From positions 15,114-79,113 of the forward strand of contig JAQBQP010000001.1 of assembly GCA_028286905.1 (NCBI GenBank): a stretch of 64,000 nucleotides of DNA, read 5' to 3'. The notes below the pieces were generated by a model. That model was not told the DNA's origin. It did no database searches and saw only the letters and a list, made by a program, of their open reading frames with translations. Made by a program: the position numbers and the translations under genes. This DNA comes from Candidatus Doudnabacteria bacterium. GTDB taxonomy: Bacteria > Patescibacteriota > Doudnabacteria > UBA920 > VMFF01. Shown here in pieces: positions 40,016-49,596 of the stretch (positions are counted from its first letter, which is position 1; the number at the start of each line of letters is the position of its first letter).

Positions 40016-41497
40016 ATGAATTTTACCGACTTCTTAAGCAAAATACAATACAAATTTACCGATGAAGAGGAGCAGTTGCTTCAAAAGGCTTTTGATTTTG
40101 CTAAAAAAGCGCATGCCGGCCAAATTCGGTTTTCTGGCGAAGACTACTTTGAACATCCAGTTGAAGCAGCCATAATTTTGGCAGATATTTTACCAAGCGC
40201 ACCAACTGTTGCTGCTACCCTGCTGCACGATGTTCCCGAAGATACCAAAATTACTTTAGATGAAATTCGCAAAGAGTTTGGTGAAGAAATTGCCAGCTTA
40301 GTAGACGGCGTGACAAAACTTGGCAAAGTCCGTTTGAGGAATAGCAAAGACCAGTATTATGTAGAGAACCTCCGTAAAATGTTTATTGCTACCTCAAAAG
40401 ATATTCGGGTAATTTTGATTAAGCTTGCCGACCGCTTGCACAACATGCGTACTTTGCAATTCGTTCGAAAAGAAAAGCAAAAAAGAATTGCTGAAGAAAC
40501 TTTGGAAATTTTCGCTCCAATTGCTAGCAGGCTGGGCATTGGAGAATGGAAAGATGAACTTGAAGATCTTTCTTTCCAAATTGTTTTTCCAGAAGAATTT
40601 AAAAAAACCGAAGCGCTTTTAAAGAATGCTTTGCATGGCCGAGACAAAGCTTTAAAGAAATTGCAAAAAAATGTTGCCGAAATCCTTCGGACCGAAGGAG
40701 TGAAGTTTGAAGATTTGCAGGGACGCGTAAAGCGCGTTTATTCTCTGCATAAAAAACTTGATAAGTACGGCGGGGACATTCACAAAATTTACGATCTTGT
40801 TGCCTTAAGAGTTATTACCAAATCTACGGTGGATTGCTATTCAGCCCTTGGTGCAATTCATAAACACTTGCAGCTGCTGCCCGGCCGAGTTAAAGATTTT
40901 ATCGCGCTGCCAAAGTCGAATGGCTACAAGAGCATTCACACCACCGTTTTTGATAACCATAAAAACATTTTCGAAATCCAGATTCGCACCGAACAAATGC
41001 ATGACGAAGCCGAAAAAGGTATTGCCGCACACTGGTATTATGAAGAGGGCGACAAAGCTGATAAACTGCAAAAGATGCGCGTCCAATGGGTCCAGGATTT
41101 GCACGACATGCAAAACCAAATGAACAACCCGGAAGAATTTCTAAACGCTCTGAAAATTGATTTCTTTCAAAAAAGAATTTTCGTCTTAACTCCTAAGGGC
41201 GACGTCCGTGATTTGCCAGAAGGCGCAACGCCAATTGATTTTGCTTTTTCAATTCATTCGAACCTTGGCTTTTATATGCAAGGCGTTAAAGTAAATGGCA
41301 AAATGGTTAAAATTGATCACGCTTTAAAGAGCGGCGATGTCGTGGAAATTATCAAATCAAAAAAGCCAGTCACTATTTCTAATGACTGGCTGAAGCAGGC
41401 AAAAACTTCCAACGCCCGCTCTAAAATTCGACATTATTTAGAAGAGCATCAGACCGGAATCTTTAACTCTTTAAAGAAACTGATTAACCGTAAATAA
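40016..41497 (+). CDS. RelA/SpoT-homolog (p)ppGpp synthetase/hydrolase, short form (HD + synthetase + TGS, no ACT domain)
   Basis: 493 aa. HD motif region, RelA_SpoT synthetase core, TGS (PKGDVRDLPEGATPIDFA). Confidence 0.8.
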   Translation: MNFTDFLSKIQYKFTDEEEQLLQKAFDFAKKAHAGQIRFSGEDYFEHPVEAAIILADILPSAPTVAATLLHDVPEDTKITLDEIRKEFGEEIASLVDGVTKLGKVRLRNSKDQYYVENLRKMFIATSKDIRVILIKLADRLHNMRTLQFVRKEKQKRIAEETLEIFAPIASRLGIGEWKDELEDLSFQIVFPEEFKKTEALLKNALHGRDKALKKLQKNVAEILRTEGVKFEDLQGRVKRVYSLHKKLDKYGGDIHKIYDLVALRVITKSTVDCYSALGAIHKHLQLLPGRVKDFIALPKSNGYKSIHTTVFDNHKNIFEIQIRTEQMHDEAEKGIAAHWYYEEGDKADKLQKMRVQWVQDLHDMQNQMNNPEEFLNALKIDFFQKRIFVLTPKGDVRDLPEGATPIDFAFSIHSNLGFYMQGVKVNGKMVKIDHALKSGDVVEIIKSKKPVTISNDWLKQAKTSNARSKIRHYLEEHQTGIFNSLKKLINRK

Positions 41498-41498
41498 T

Positions 41499-41993
41499 TT
41501 AGTAAGCGATAGTGTGCTTAGTATAATCTGGCTTGTGGTCTAACAATTCTTCGTCTTTGAACCAGACCTTAATCTCCTGTCCGGCTTCTTCTACGTTTCC
41601 AGAAGCGTGGATCAAATTATTAATGCCAATGTTCTTGCTATCCGCATGTTTAAATGAAACATGGGAGTAGTCGCCACGAATTGTTCCTGGCGCTGCCGAC
41701 TTTGGTTCGGTGGTGCCGACTAATTTGCGAACTAACTCTACTGCTTCGACTCCTTCTAAAACAATTGCAACCACAGGCGCGGTAGAAAGCATTTCGACCA
41801 TCATTTTGCGAACATGTTCGCCACGTCGAATCGAAATATCTTCAGTGTAGTGCTTCATTGCCATTTCTTCATCAGCTTGAACCATTTTCAAGCCAGCAAT
41901 CTTCATGCCAACTTTTTCAAATCTCTGAATTATCTCGCCGATCAAGCCGCGATTAATTGCATCTGGTTTCAACAATATAAGTGTGCGTTCCAT
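41499..41993 (-). CDS. ndk: nucleoside diphosphate kinase
   Basis: 164 aa. NLIHASGNVEEA (NxxHGSD). Confidence 0.9.
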   Translation of the reverse strand: MERTLILLKPDAINRGLIGEIIQRFEKVGMKIAGLKMVQADEEMAMKHYTEDISIRRGEHVRKMMVEMLSTAPVVAIVLEGVEAVELVRKLVGTTEPKSAAPGTIRGDYSHVSFKHADSKNIGINNLIHASGNVEEAGQEIKVWFKDEELLDHKPDYTKHTIAY

Positions 41994-42006
41994 AATTTCC
42001 TTTAAG

Positions 42007-42804
42007 TTATTTTACAGTTGTTACTGTCGCCTTGTTAATTACAATTGGAGTTTTTGGCGAACCATCGTCTGGACCAACCACAGGGTCGATCGGTACAGAA
42101 CCAATTTTATCAACCACATCCATTCCGGCAATTACTTTGCCGAAGATCGTATAGTTGTGTGGAATATCAACATCGGAGATCATTATAAAGAATTGCGAAC
42201 CATTTGTATTTGGGCCGGCATTAGCCATTGCTAATGTTCCTTTTACATAACCAGCTTTGTAAGATGGAGTATTTGGGTTAAGCTCGTCTTCAAACTTACC
42301 GCCATAAACACTTTCACCGCCGGAACCGGTGCCAGTTGGATCCCCTGCTTGAATTACGAAGCCATGCGCAACGCGATGGAATTTAACATTATTGTAATAA
42401 CCTTTTTCTGATAAACAAACAAAGTTCTGCACGGTCTTTGGTGCGTCTTTATCAAACATCTGTAGTTGAATCTTGCCCATTGTTGTATCAAGAGTTACAA
42501 CTTTGTTGGAGATATCTACACTTGGTTTGAAATTGCCATTGGCATCTTTTTGAGAAGCGTCTGAGCAGGCTGCTGTAGCATCAGTCATATTTTTATCTCC
42601 TGTATTAGTTGTCGAATTAGTATTGGTATTCGTTTCGGCTGAAGTGTTGTTTGCGGAGGACTGCTCGGAAGTTTGGCTTGTCTGGTTATTAGTCTGCGCT
42701 GGAGCAGGACTATCTGCTGTTTTATGCTTCACAGAATAAATAATTATTCCACCACCGAGGAATATAATAAGTCCGATCAAAGCATAAATAAATTTTGAAT
42801 TCAT
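42007..42804 (-). CDS. cyclophilin-type peptidyl-prolyl cis-trans isomerase, membrane-anchored with an N/T/S-rich linker
   Basis: 265 aa. FHRV..GFVIQAGDP...G cyclophilin core. Confidence 0.8.
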   Translation of the reverse strand: MNSKFIYALIGLIIFLGGGIIIYSVKHKTADSPAPAQTNNQTSQTSEQSSANNTSAETNTNTNSTTNTGDKNMTDATAACSDASQKDANGNFKPSVDISNKVVTLDTTMGKIQLQMFDKDAPKTVQNFVCLSEKGYYNNVKFHRVAHGFVIQAGDPTGTGSGGESVYGGKFEDELNPNTPSYKAGYVKGTLAMANAGPNTNGSQFFIMISDVDIPHNYTIFGKVIAGMDVVDKIGSVPIDPVVGPDDGSPKTPIVINKATVTTVK

Positions 42805-44123
42805 ATTTGATTATTAATGTTAGGCCTTCTTGCTATCTTTTGTTCACTTCGGCATTTTATCAGATAAAGGACAATTTCTGCAATGTAAATCCCAACTAGC
42901 TGAACTGCAGTTATTTTTGCATAAATAACAGAGTATTTAAACTGCGCCAGGCCATAAACTATCAAGAATAGATAGTTTAAAATTGCCAATAAAATCTTTG
43001 CAAATACTATTTTTAACACTGGCAGACACAGAAAATAACTTAAAGCTAAGATCGGCTCCAACAAAGGTAGAACTAAAAGATTTGCCGGCAAAGCAATTAA
43101 AGACAACTCCTTAAAATAATAAATGGTAATTGGCACAGTTACCAGCTGTGCTGAAATAGTAGTACACAGAATATCTTTAAATAAAAAATAATTTGGGACT
43201 TTATTAAATACTTTTTGTAATATGGGCACAAAATAAATGATACCAAAGATTGAGCTAAAAGAAAGCATAAAACCGATATCGTATTTTATAATCAATGGGT
43301 TTTGAACTACTAATATTACAGCAGTAAACAATAGTGCCGGCAGCATCCGATATTGCCTGCCGTTTATTTTTGCGATCGTGAACATTCCAGACATGATTGC
43401 GGCGCGAACGATTCCGGTAGAAAAATTAGACATCACTAAATAAATAGTTGCAGTGATTATGCAAATCAAATAGGTTTTGTTCCTGCCGATATATTTTGCT
43501 AAACCGGACAAGATAATCATCATCAATGTTAAAACGTATCCGGACAAAGCAATTAAATGCGACGTTCCAGTTGCTCGGAAAGCTTGAATATCGGCATCTG
43601 GCATCTGATCCTTTTGCCCAACTACGATCGCAATCAGCAGCGCGGCTTGTTCCCGAGGCAGTAACGCTTCAAACTTTTCAAAAACAAAATGCTTAACTAC
43701 TAAAGCGTAGTAAATAATTGGGTTTAGTTTGGACTTCCCTACTACAAATACATCCGGATCGCTTATTTGAGCATAAATATTTTTAGTTTGTAAATTTCTA
43801 ATATAATCAAAGTCGTCAAAATTCTTAGGCTGCTTTATTTTCCCAATTAAATATATTTTATCGCCATAATTAAATTTGCTTCTTCCAAAAACGGTTACCT
43901 GAATTTTTTGACTGTATTGAACGGTGGGGATTATTTCGAAGCGCTGGCTGTGCACATGGTAAATTTCCGGATCCGAAACAATATATCCATCAATAATAAC
44001 TTTCTGATCAAAGTAGTTTTGATATTGGTTCGGTTTATCGCCGAGCTGAAACCAATTAACACCGGACCAGATCGCAAATAGAAAAAGAATTAAAAATAAA
44101 ATAAAAATGCTAGACTTGTTCAT
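42801..44123 (-). CDS. comEC: ComEC/Rec2-family DNA-uptake channel protein (lacks the C-terminal metallo-beta-lactamase domain)
   Basis: 440 aa. N-terminal TM, OB-fold DUF4131-like region with FDDFDYIRNL (cf. the ComEC FDY..YL motif), then a polytopic competence domain. Confidence 0.6.
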   Translation of the reverse strand: MNKSSIFILFLILFLFAIWSGVNWFQLGDKPNQYQNYFDQKVIIDGYIVSDPEIYHVHSQRFEIIPTVQYSQKIQVTVFGRSKFNYGDKIYLIGKIKQPKNFDDFDYIRNLQTKNIYAQISDPDVFVVGKSKLNPIIYYALVVKHFVFEKFEALLPREQAALLIAIVVGQKDQMPDADIQAFRATGTSHLIALSGYVLTLMMIILSGLAKYIGRNKTYLICIITATIYLVMSNFSTGIVRAAIMSGMFTIAKINGRQYRMLPALLFTAVILVVQNPLIIKYDIGFMLSFSSIFGIIYFVPILQKVFNKVPNYFLFKDILCTTISAQLVTVPITIYYFKELSLIALPANLLVLPLLEPILALSYFLCLPVLKIVFAKILLAILNYLFLIVYGLAQFKYSVIYAKITAVQLVGIYIAEIVLYLIKCRSEQKIARRPNINNQI

Positions 44124-44177
44124 TAAACAACTCTAGCATTCCAAGATTAAAAGTTTTTAAACTAAGGTTAATACTTA

Positions 44178-45854
44178 CTAAAACGCGTCCATCGCATCAA
44201 TCTTTACCCGTTCTGCAATTATTTTCCCTTTTGGAATTGGGAAAGTTACGGTAAAGGTTGTGCCTTGGTTTACTCCTGGACTATCAAATGAAATTGTTCC
44301 GCCGTGTGATTCCACAATTTTCTTAACGACGTAAATACCAAGCCCGGTGCCTTCACGAGTCAATTCATTTGCCGCAGTTGTTCTAAAGAATTTTTCAAAT
44401 AATTTAGATTTTTCGGCAGGGTCAACGCCAATACCTGTATCTTTAACGGAGAATTGCAGCATCTCTCCAACCTTCATTAAAGTTAGAGTAACGCCGCCCT
44501 TCGGGGTATATTTAATAGAATTATCGATTAGGTTAATGATTACCTGGCGAAGCTTTTCAGCATCGGCGCGGATTTCCGGACAAGACCGATTAATATTGTC
44601 GAAGTATAAATATAAACCTTTGTCTTTTGCCTTCTGCGAAATTTCTGTAATAACGCTCTCAATAATTTCACAAACATTCACTGCGTCAAAATCAAATTCC
44701 ATTCTGCCCGATTCAATTCGAGACAGATCCAATAAATCGCCGACCAATACTGCCAAGCGTTGCGCGGAGTCAAAAATAATCTGAACGCTATCTTTTTGGG
44801 TTTTCTCTACTGGTCCAAAGTCGCCGGACAAGATCATCGAAGCATACCCTTTGATCGCGGTTAGCGGGGTGCGCAATTGGTGCGAAGCCACCGAAAGGAA
44901 TTCAGACTTCGCTTTATCAACTTCCTTCAATTGGATATTTGCAGTCTTTAATTGACCAGACAACAGCTCTAGCTCTTGCCTTTGCTTTGCTTCTTGCTGG
45001 ACGCTTCGAATTAACAATATTCCAACCAAAAGCAGGGTAAAAAATATAAAGACTCTGAAGATTAAATCGTAAATTCCTTTTGAAGTAATAATTTCAAATA
45101 AATTTACAACGATCAGCACCAGAACCAAAACTTCGGTAGAAAAGATTTTTATATTAAACAAACCATGTTTCAATATAGAATAACCCGTAAAAAACACAAA
45201 CGGCAAAATAAATATCGCGCCAAAAGGAATAAAATCAGTTTGGTTAAAAATGGCTGGCAAAATGAGATTAAAACAAATTATCGCCAAGAACATTAAAACC
45301 GTACCCCAGGTGAAATAACGCAGCTGCAAGCGCTCTGCTTTTGGGGTTTTTAAAATTCTTCTAACCAAATAAAATAACCCGGCAGCCACTAGGCTGACTG
45401 CAAATATTCCAAACACTGCAATGCCCATTCCCGGAATGAAAACCGGCGTACCGCTCTGATTAAGCCCATCTATTACTTTAACTACGTAGGGCGACAAAGT
45501 TAGCAAAGAAACCAAAACAACCGCTGGAGTCAAATATCTAACAATCCATTTTGGCAAAGTTATTTTATCTTCAGGGAAAATATAACTGAGCAAAAAAAAT
45601 GTAAAGGCTTGCCAGACCGCAAAAAATAAAACTAACCTGGTTAACCACAGCAGCCAAACAGGGCTTGAGAACTGGTAGGACAGATAATTTACAATTCCCC
45701 ATCCAGAGCTAACTAGTGTAAATGCGAAAAATGTTTTACCAGTAGCGCTATTTCTGTTTTCAAAATAAATTTTATATCCCAACAGAACACTAGCAGCGAT
45801 AGCTATTCCAACTGACAACAAATCTAAGTTCTGCCCAATGTCTAATGAGATCAT
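44178..45854 (-). CDS. sensor histidine kinase (polytopic N-terminus, HisKA + HATPase_c)
   Basis: 558 aa. H-box SHQLRTPLTAIKGY, plus N, G1 and G2 boxes. No adjacent response regulator. Confidence 0.8.
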   Translation of the reverse strand: MISLDIGQNLDLLSVGIAIAASVLLGYKIYFENRNSATGKTFFAFTLVSSGWGIVNYLSYQFSSPVWLLWLTRLVLFFAVWQAFTFFLLSYIFPEDKITLPKWIVRYLTPAVVLVSLLTLSPYVVKVIDGLNQSGTPVFIPGMGIAVFGIFAVSLVAAGLFYLVRRILKTPKAERLQLRYFTWGTVLMFLAIICFNLILPAIFNQTDFIPFGAIFILPFVFFTGYSILKHGLFNIKIFSTEVLVLVLIVVNLFEIITSKGIYDLIFRVFIFFTLLLVGILLIRSVQQEAKQRQELELLSGQLKTANIQLKEVDKAKSEFLSVASHQLRTPLTAIKGYASMILSGDFGPVEKTQKDSVQIIFDSAQRLAVLVGDLLDLSRIESGRMEFDFDAVNVCEIIESVITEISQKAKDKGLYLYFDNINRSCPEIRADAEKLRQVIINLIDNSIKYTPKGGVTLTLMKVGEMLQFSVKDTGIGVDPAEKSKLFEKFFRTTAANELTREGTGLGIYVVKKIVESHGGTISFDSPGVNQGTTFTVTFPIPKGKIIAERVKIDAMDAF

Positions 45855-45893
45855 GCTAATATTATACCCGTTAATAGCTGAATAGCTAAATTT

Positions 45894-47057
45894 TTACAGT
45901 CCCATCATCTTGAGATAGCCTTTTCTCTTTTTATCTCTCTTTTGAACTTGCGATTTGCTTTCAAAAAAAGGCACAAATATAGAATCGAGATTAACCTCAT
46001 ATCGACCCGATTTCAAATCTTCTTTTAAAATTACTTTGCGCGCCAAATATGTCAGTACCGCGCCGCATAAAGTAGCAGCGTTACCAAGCTGCGGCCAGGA
46101 GTAAATGGTTCTGCCAACTTGCATAACCGATTCAATCATTTTTAGGTCGGCAATATTTGCGCCGGCCATCTTTGCGATCGTCCGTGGCAAGTCTTGCGGC
46201 TGAACATGTTTAACGTCTTCTGGAGTCATTTTCCCCAAAATTCCATGCAAAATTGGAGTTTTTTTGTTTAGGTCAAAGCGTTCAATGTCAACAATAATGC
46301 TATCCGCGTTGTCCGCAGCCATAATTATCGGGACGCCATGCGGCTTAGCAATATATCGGGTCTTTAGTTTTAAGTAAGGATTGTCCATTTCTTCGACAAT
46401 CAAATCTAGCTTTGGCGAAAGTATAAATTTTTCAATGTTCGCATCGCTAACCCCTTCAGCAAACAACTCAATTTCTGCATAAGGATTAATTTCCATGATC
46501 TGTCTAGCAACAACGATCATTTTTCCAGTCCCAACATTCTGAAAGCCAGTTCTAATTCGATTTAAGTTTGAGCCGGAAATTATATCTGGATCTGCAAGCT
46601 TAATATGCTTCGCTCCCCCGGTCATAACTATGGTCAGGGCAACGTGGCTACCAACACTCATACCCATGATTCCAACGTTGGAATTGTAAAATCTTTTTTG
46701 CTCATCTTCGTTAATTAAAAAACGGTTTCTTCCGGTGCGTAAATGAAAATGCAAGTCTTCAGGCAAAAAATGGATTACCTGGTTCAACCATGGATAATAA
46801 AACCAATTTCCGGCATGTACAGGATCTTTACCCTTAAAATGTTTATCTAAAAACTTTTGAAAATGAGCCTGATAATCTTTGTTAAAACGATATTCGGGAT
46901 TTTGCAAAAGAAAAGCTTCCTCTGTTAAATCAGCATACTGATCAATTATCCCGACGCCCTTTTTTTGATAAGAATTTAATTCTTTTACAAGTTGGTCTTT
47001 TTTAAGCTTAATCGGTTTCCAAGATTCCCGATCCACTTTTTCTTTTAGGGTTTTCAT
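45894..47057 (-). CDS. ThiF/MoeB/E1-like adenylyltransferase-fold protein with ~110-aa N-terminal and ~140-aa C-terminal extensions
   Basis: 387 aa. VGIMGMSVGSHVALTIVMTGG (GxGxxG Rossmann) and DPDIISGSNLNRI (D-x-D...SNLNRQ-type motif). Confidence 0.6.
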   Translation of the reverse strand: MKTLKEKVDRESWKPIKLKKDQLVKELNSYQKKGVGIIDQYADLTEEAFLLQNPEYRFNKDYQAHFQKFLDKHFKGKDPVHAGNWFYYPWLNQVIHFLPEDLHFHLRTGRNRFLINEDEQKRFYNSNVGIMGMSVGSHVALTIVMTGGAKHIKLADPDIISGSNLNRIRTGFQNVGTGKMIVVARQIMEINPYAEIELFAEGVSDANIEKFILSPKLDLIVEEMDNPYLKLKTRYIAKPHGVPIIMAADNADSIIVDIERFDLNKKTPILHGILGKMTPEDVKHVQPQDLPRTIAKMAGANIADLKMIESVMQVGRTIYSWPQLGNAATLCGAVLTYLARKVILKEDLKSGRYEVNLDSIFVPFFESKSQVQKRDKKRKGYLKMMGL

Positions 47058-47060
47058 ATA

Positions 47061-48575
47061 TTACCTCTTTACCCATTTTTGCTTACCACCTTGGTTAAAA
47101 AATGGTGCGCTTTCATGGGAAATTAGATTAATTTTAGTTTTACGTTTACTTTCTGGAAGTGAGCCATAAGAGTTTTTGAACTCTGAATTCTTTTCCAACA
47201 AAACTGCTAATATCCTCTTCCTTAGCTTCTCAAGCAATTGTTTAGATTTTTTTGTTTTGTTCTTTAATTCAGTATGCACTTCAAGAACTGGGTTATAATT
47301 TTTATCTTCCGATACCTCCACTACAAATTTTCCGCTTAAATGCGATGCGACGCTTTTGTGTTGATGCGCCTCTTTTAAATGTTCTGGGTAAACATTTGCA
47401 CCATACCAAGTAACAACCATATCGCTACGCTCATAAACATAGACGAACGGTAAGTTCCAAATTGTGTCTGCTATTCCCTGCTTTTTTGCTTCTTGGTCCA
47501 AATTAGGAATAACCTTGCGCATATCTTTTAGGCTAACGATTCCTCCGCGATCTTTTAAATCATAGCGGACTAACGGGATACCGCTATCTGCCGAACATAC
47601 TAGATTTCCTGCCAGATCCTCAAAGTAAAACATCTCGGGAATATATTGAGTTAAAGTAGGCAGCCGATGAATCTGGCCGAAAATATTTTTGTAGATCTCT
47701 TTATTTTTTACTGCAATTCTTCTAATTAAAATAGAGACTGGGGTTTCGTATGACATCGTGCCCAAATCTACTGTGCCGTAATGGTTCAGAGTATCTAAGT
47801 AGATATTTTTTAAACCGGTTTTGGAAGCAATGTAATCACGGAATGATTCGCTAAAGCCTTCTGCGGAAAAAACAAGTTTTAAATTAATTTTTTTCCAATT
47901 TAACCCTTGCACAATCCCTTCATCAACGACGTCCTTTAAAAATGGAGGATAAGCGCCAATAATTATTTGATCGTATTCATTTCCAAACTTGCGCACCGCT
48001 TTGATAATTTCGTTTTTATTTACCCCGGTGGTTAGTACACTTAACGCATAATTGCCATTTTGAGTAATATTTTTTAAAGCCTGATAAGTGAATAAGCCGC
48101 CGATCCAAGGCCCCATTGCAAAAGCATCAATATATAAAGTTGTTTTTTTGTGGATTTGAAAATTGGTTCGCAAATACATTTCCGCGGTAAATGCATATTG
48201 CTGGTCCTGCTGATCCGTTCTAGGAAAATAAAATGGTTCGCCGGTTGTTCCAGAGGTTGAAGAAAACACCCAAGGTTGCGAAGCAAATTTGCCGTCCCAA
48301 CATAGCTCAGCCAAAGGATAAGCTTTTAAATAATTTTGCTTATCAATTAAAGGAACTTTTTTAAAGTCCGTAATAGTTTTTATTTTTGAAGGATCAATTT
48401 TATGTTTCTTCAAAAACTTTTTATAAGCGGGCACTCTTTTTGCCATCCGATGAAATAATTCTAGCGCAGCCGCTTCTCCGGCATTGGCCCAATGCGCTTC
48501 TGGCTTGGAACTCAAATCGGAAATAGTTTTTATTGGGTCGTTAAGCATAAATTTTAGTAAATTGTTTTTCTGCAA
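47061..48575 (-). CDS. adenylate-forming enzyme, PaaK / coenzyme F390 synthetase-like
   Basis: 504 aa. SSTSGTTGEPFYFPRT adenylation P-loop. Size and layout of the phenylacetate-CoA ligase family. Confidence 0.55.
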   Translation of the reverse strand: MQKNNLLKFMLNDPIKTISDLSSKPEAHWANAGEAAALELFHRMAKRVPAYKKFLKKHKIDPSKIKTITDFKKVPLIDKQNYLKAYPLAELCWDGKFASQPWVFSSTSGTTGEPFYFPRTDQQDQQYAFTAEMYLRTNFQIHKKTTLYIDAFAMGPWIGGLFTYQALKNITQNGNYALSVLTTGVNKNEIIKAVRKFGNEYDQIIIGAYPPFLKDVVDEGIVQGLNWKKINLKLVFSAEGFSESFRDYIASKTGLKNIYLDTLNHYGTVDLGTMSYETPVSILIRRIAVKNKEIYKNIFGQIHRLPTLTQYIPEMFYFEDLAGNLVCSADSGIPLVRYDLKDRGGIVSLKDMRKVIPNLDQEAKKQGIADTIWNLPFVYVYERSDMVVTWYGANVYPEHLKEAHQHKSVASHLSGKFVVEVSEDKNYNPVLEVHTELKNKTKKSKQLLEKLRKRILAVLLEKNSEFKNSYGSLPESKRKTKINLISHESAPFFNQGGKQKWVKR

Positions 48576-49578
48576 TTTGGTTGGTTACTCGATAGTGTGA
48601 AATTTTCTGGTCCTTTGCAGTTTTCAAAACTTCAAGGCAGGTCTTTTTTAAATCTGATATTCTTTGCATTACTCGCTCTTTATTGTAACCGCCCGGCTCG
48701 AGCTCATCAGCAACATCAATCAAACCTCCGGCATTGGCCAAGTAATCTGGAATGCAAATATATCCCGCTTCAAAAAAACGATCGCCTACTTCTGGGCTTT
48801 GCAACTGATTATTTGCAGTACCGCAAATAATTTTGGCCTTTATTTTTCCTAGTTGCCCTTCGCTTAAATCATCGCCCATCGCACAAGGCGCAAAGATTGT
48901 CGCCGAAATTGAATTAATTTCTTCAACCGGCACAATTTTTATGCTCGGCAAGAATTTTTTAGCATGTTCGGCCACTGCTGGATTTATGTCTGCCCCCACA
49001 ACCACCGCTCCTTCATTAGTTAGAAACCTTGCCAATTCTAAACCAGTTTTACCCAAACCTTTAATAGCCACAGTTACTCGATTTAAATTCGGAGTACCGT
49101 TTACAAAATTTAAAGTTGTTTGAATGCAATAAAAAACTCCCAAGGCAGCATAGGGCGCAGAGTCACCAGCTTTATTTGCTGTGCCTATAAAATAATTACT
49201 GTGCTGCTGCAAAAACGAAAGATCTTTCTGATACATTCCAACATCTTCACCGGTAAAAAAACTGCCTTTGAGCTTATTAACTTCTTCAGCGTACGCCTTT
49301 AACCAAGCGTCATTTTTCACTTCCGGTCTGCCGATTAACACCGCCTTACCACCCCCGTGCGGTAGCTTAGCAATTGCACACTTATAGGTCATCGTTCTGG
49401 CAAGGCGCATTGCATCCTGCAGTGCTTCTTCTTCAGTAGCATAATCGTAAACCCTGGTTGCACCTAATGCCGAGCCAGGTTTAGTTGTATGGATCGCTAT
49501 AAACCCTTTCAAGCCTACATCTGGCCGATCAATTTTGACAATCTGTTCGTAATCTTCAACTTTTAATTTCTTTGACAT
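48541..49578 (-). CDS. Leu/Phe/Val-type amino-acid dehydrogenase (Glu/Leu/Phe/Val DH family, short form)
   Basis: 345 aa. KLPHGGGKAV catalytic-lysine motif, plus a GxGxxG dinucleotide fold. Confidence 0.7.
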   Translation of the reverse strand: MSKKLKVEDYEQIVKIDRPDVGLKGFIAIHTTKPGSALGATRVYDYATEEEALQDAMRLARTMTYKCAIAKLPHGGGKAVLIGRPEVKNDAWLKAYAEEVNKLKGSFFTGEDVGMYQKDLSFLQQHSNYFIGTANKAGDSAPYAALGVFYCIQTTLNFVNGTPNLNRVTVAIKGLGKTGLELARFLTNEGAVVVGADINPAVAEHAKKFLPSIKIVPVEEINSISATIFAPCAMGDDLSEGQLGKIKAKIICGTANNQLQSPEVGDRFFEAGYICIPDYLANAGGLIDVADELEPGGYNKERVMQRISDLKKTCLEVLKTAKDQKISHYRVTNQIAEKQFTKIYA

Positions 49579-49596
49579 TTTGTTACCTTAACAATT

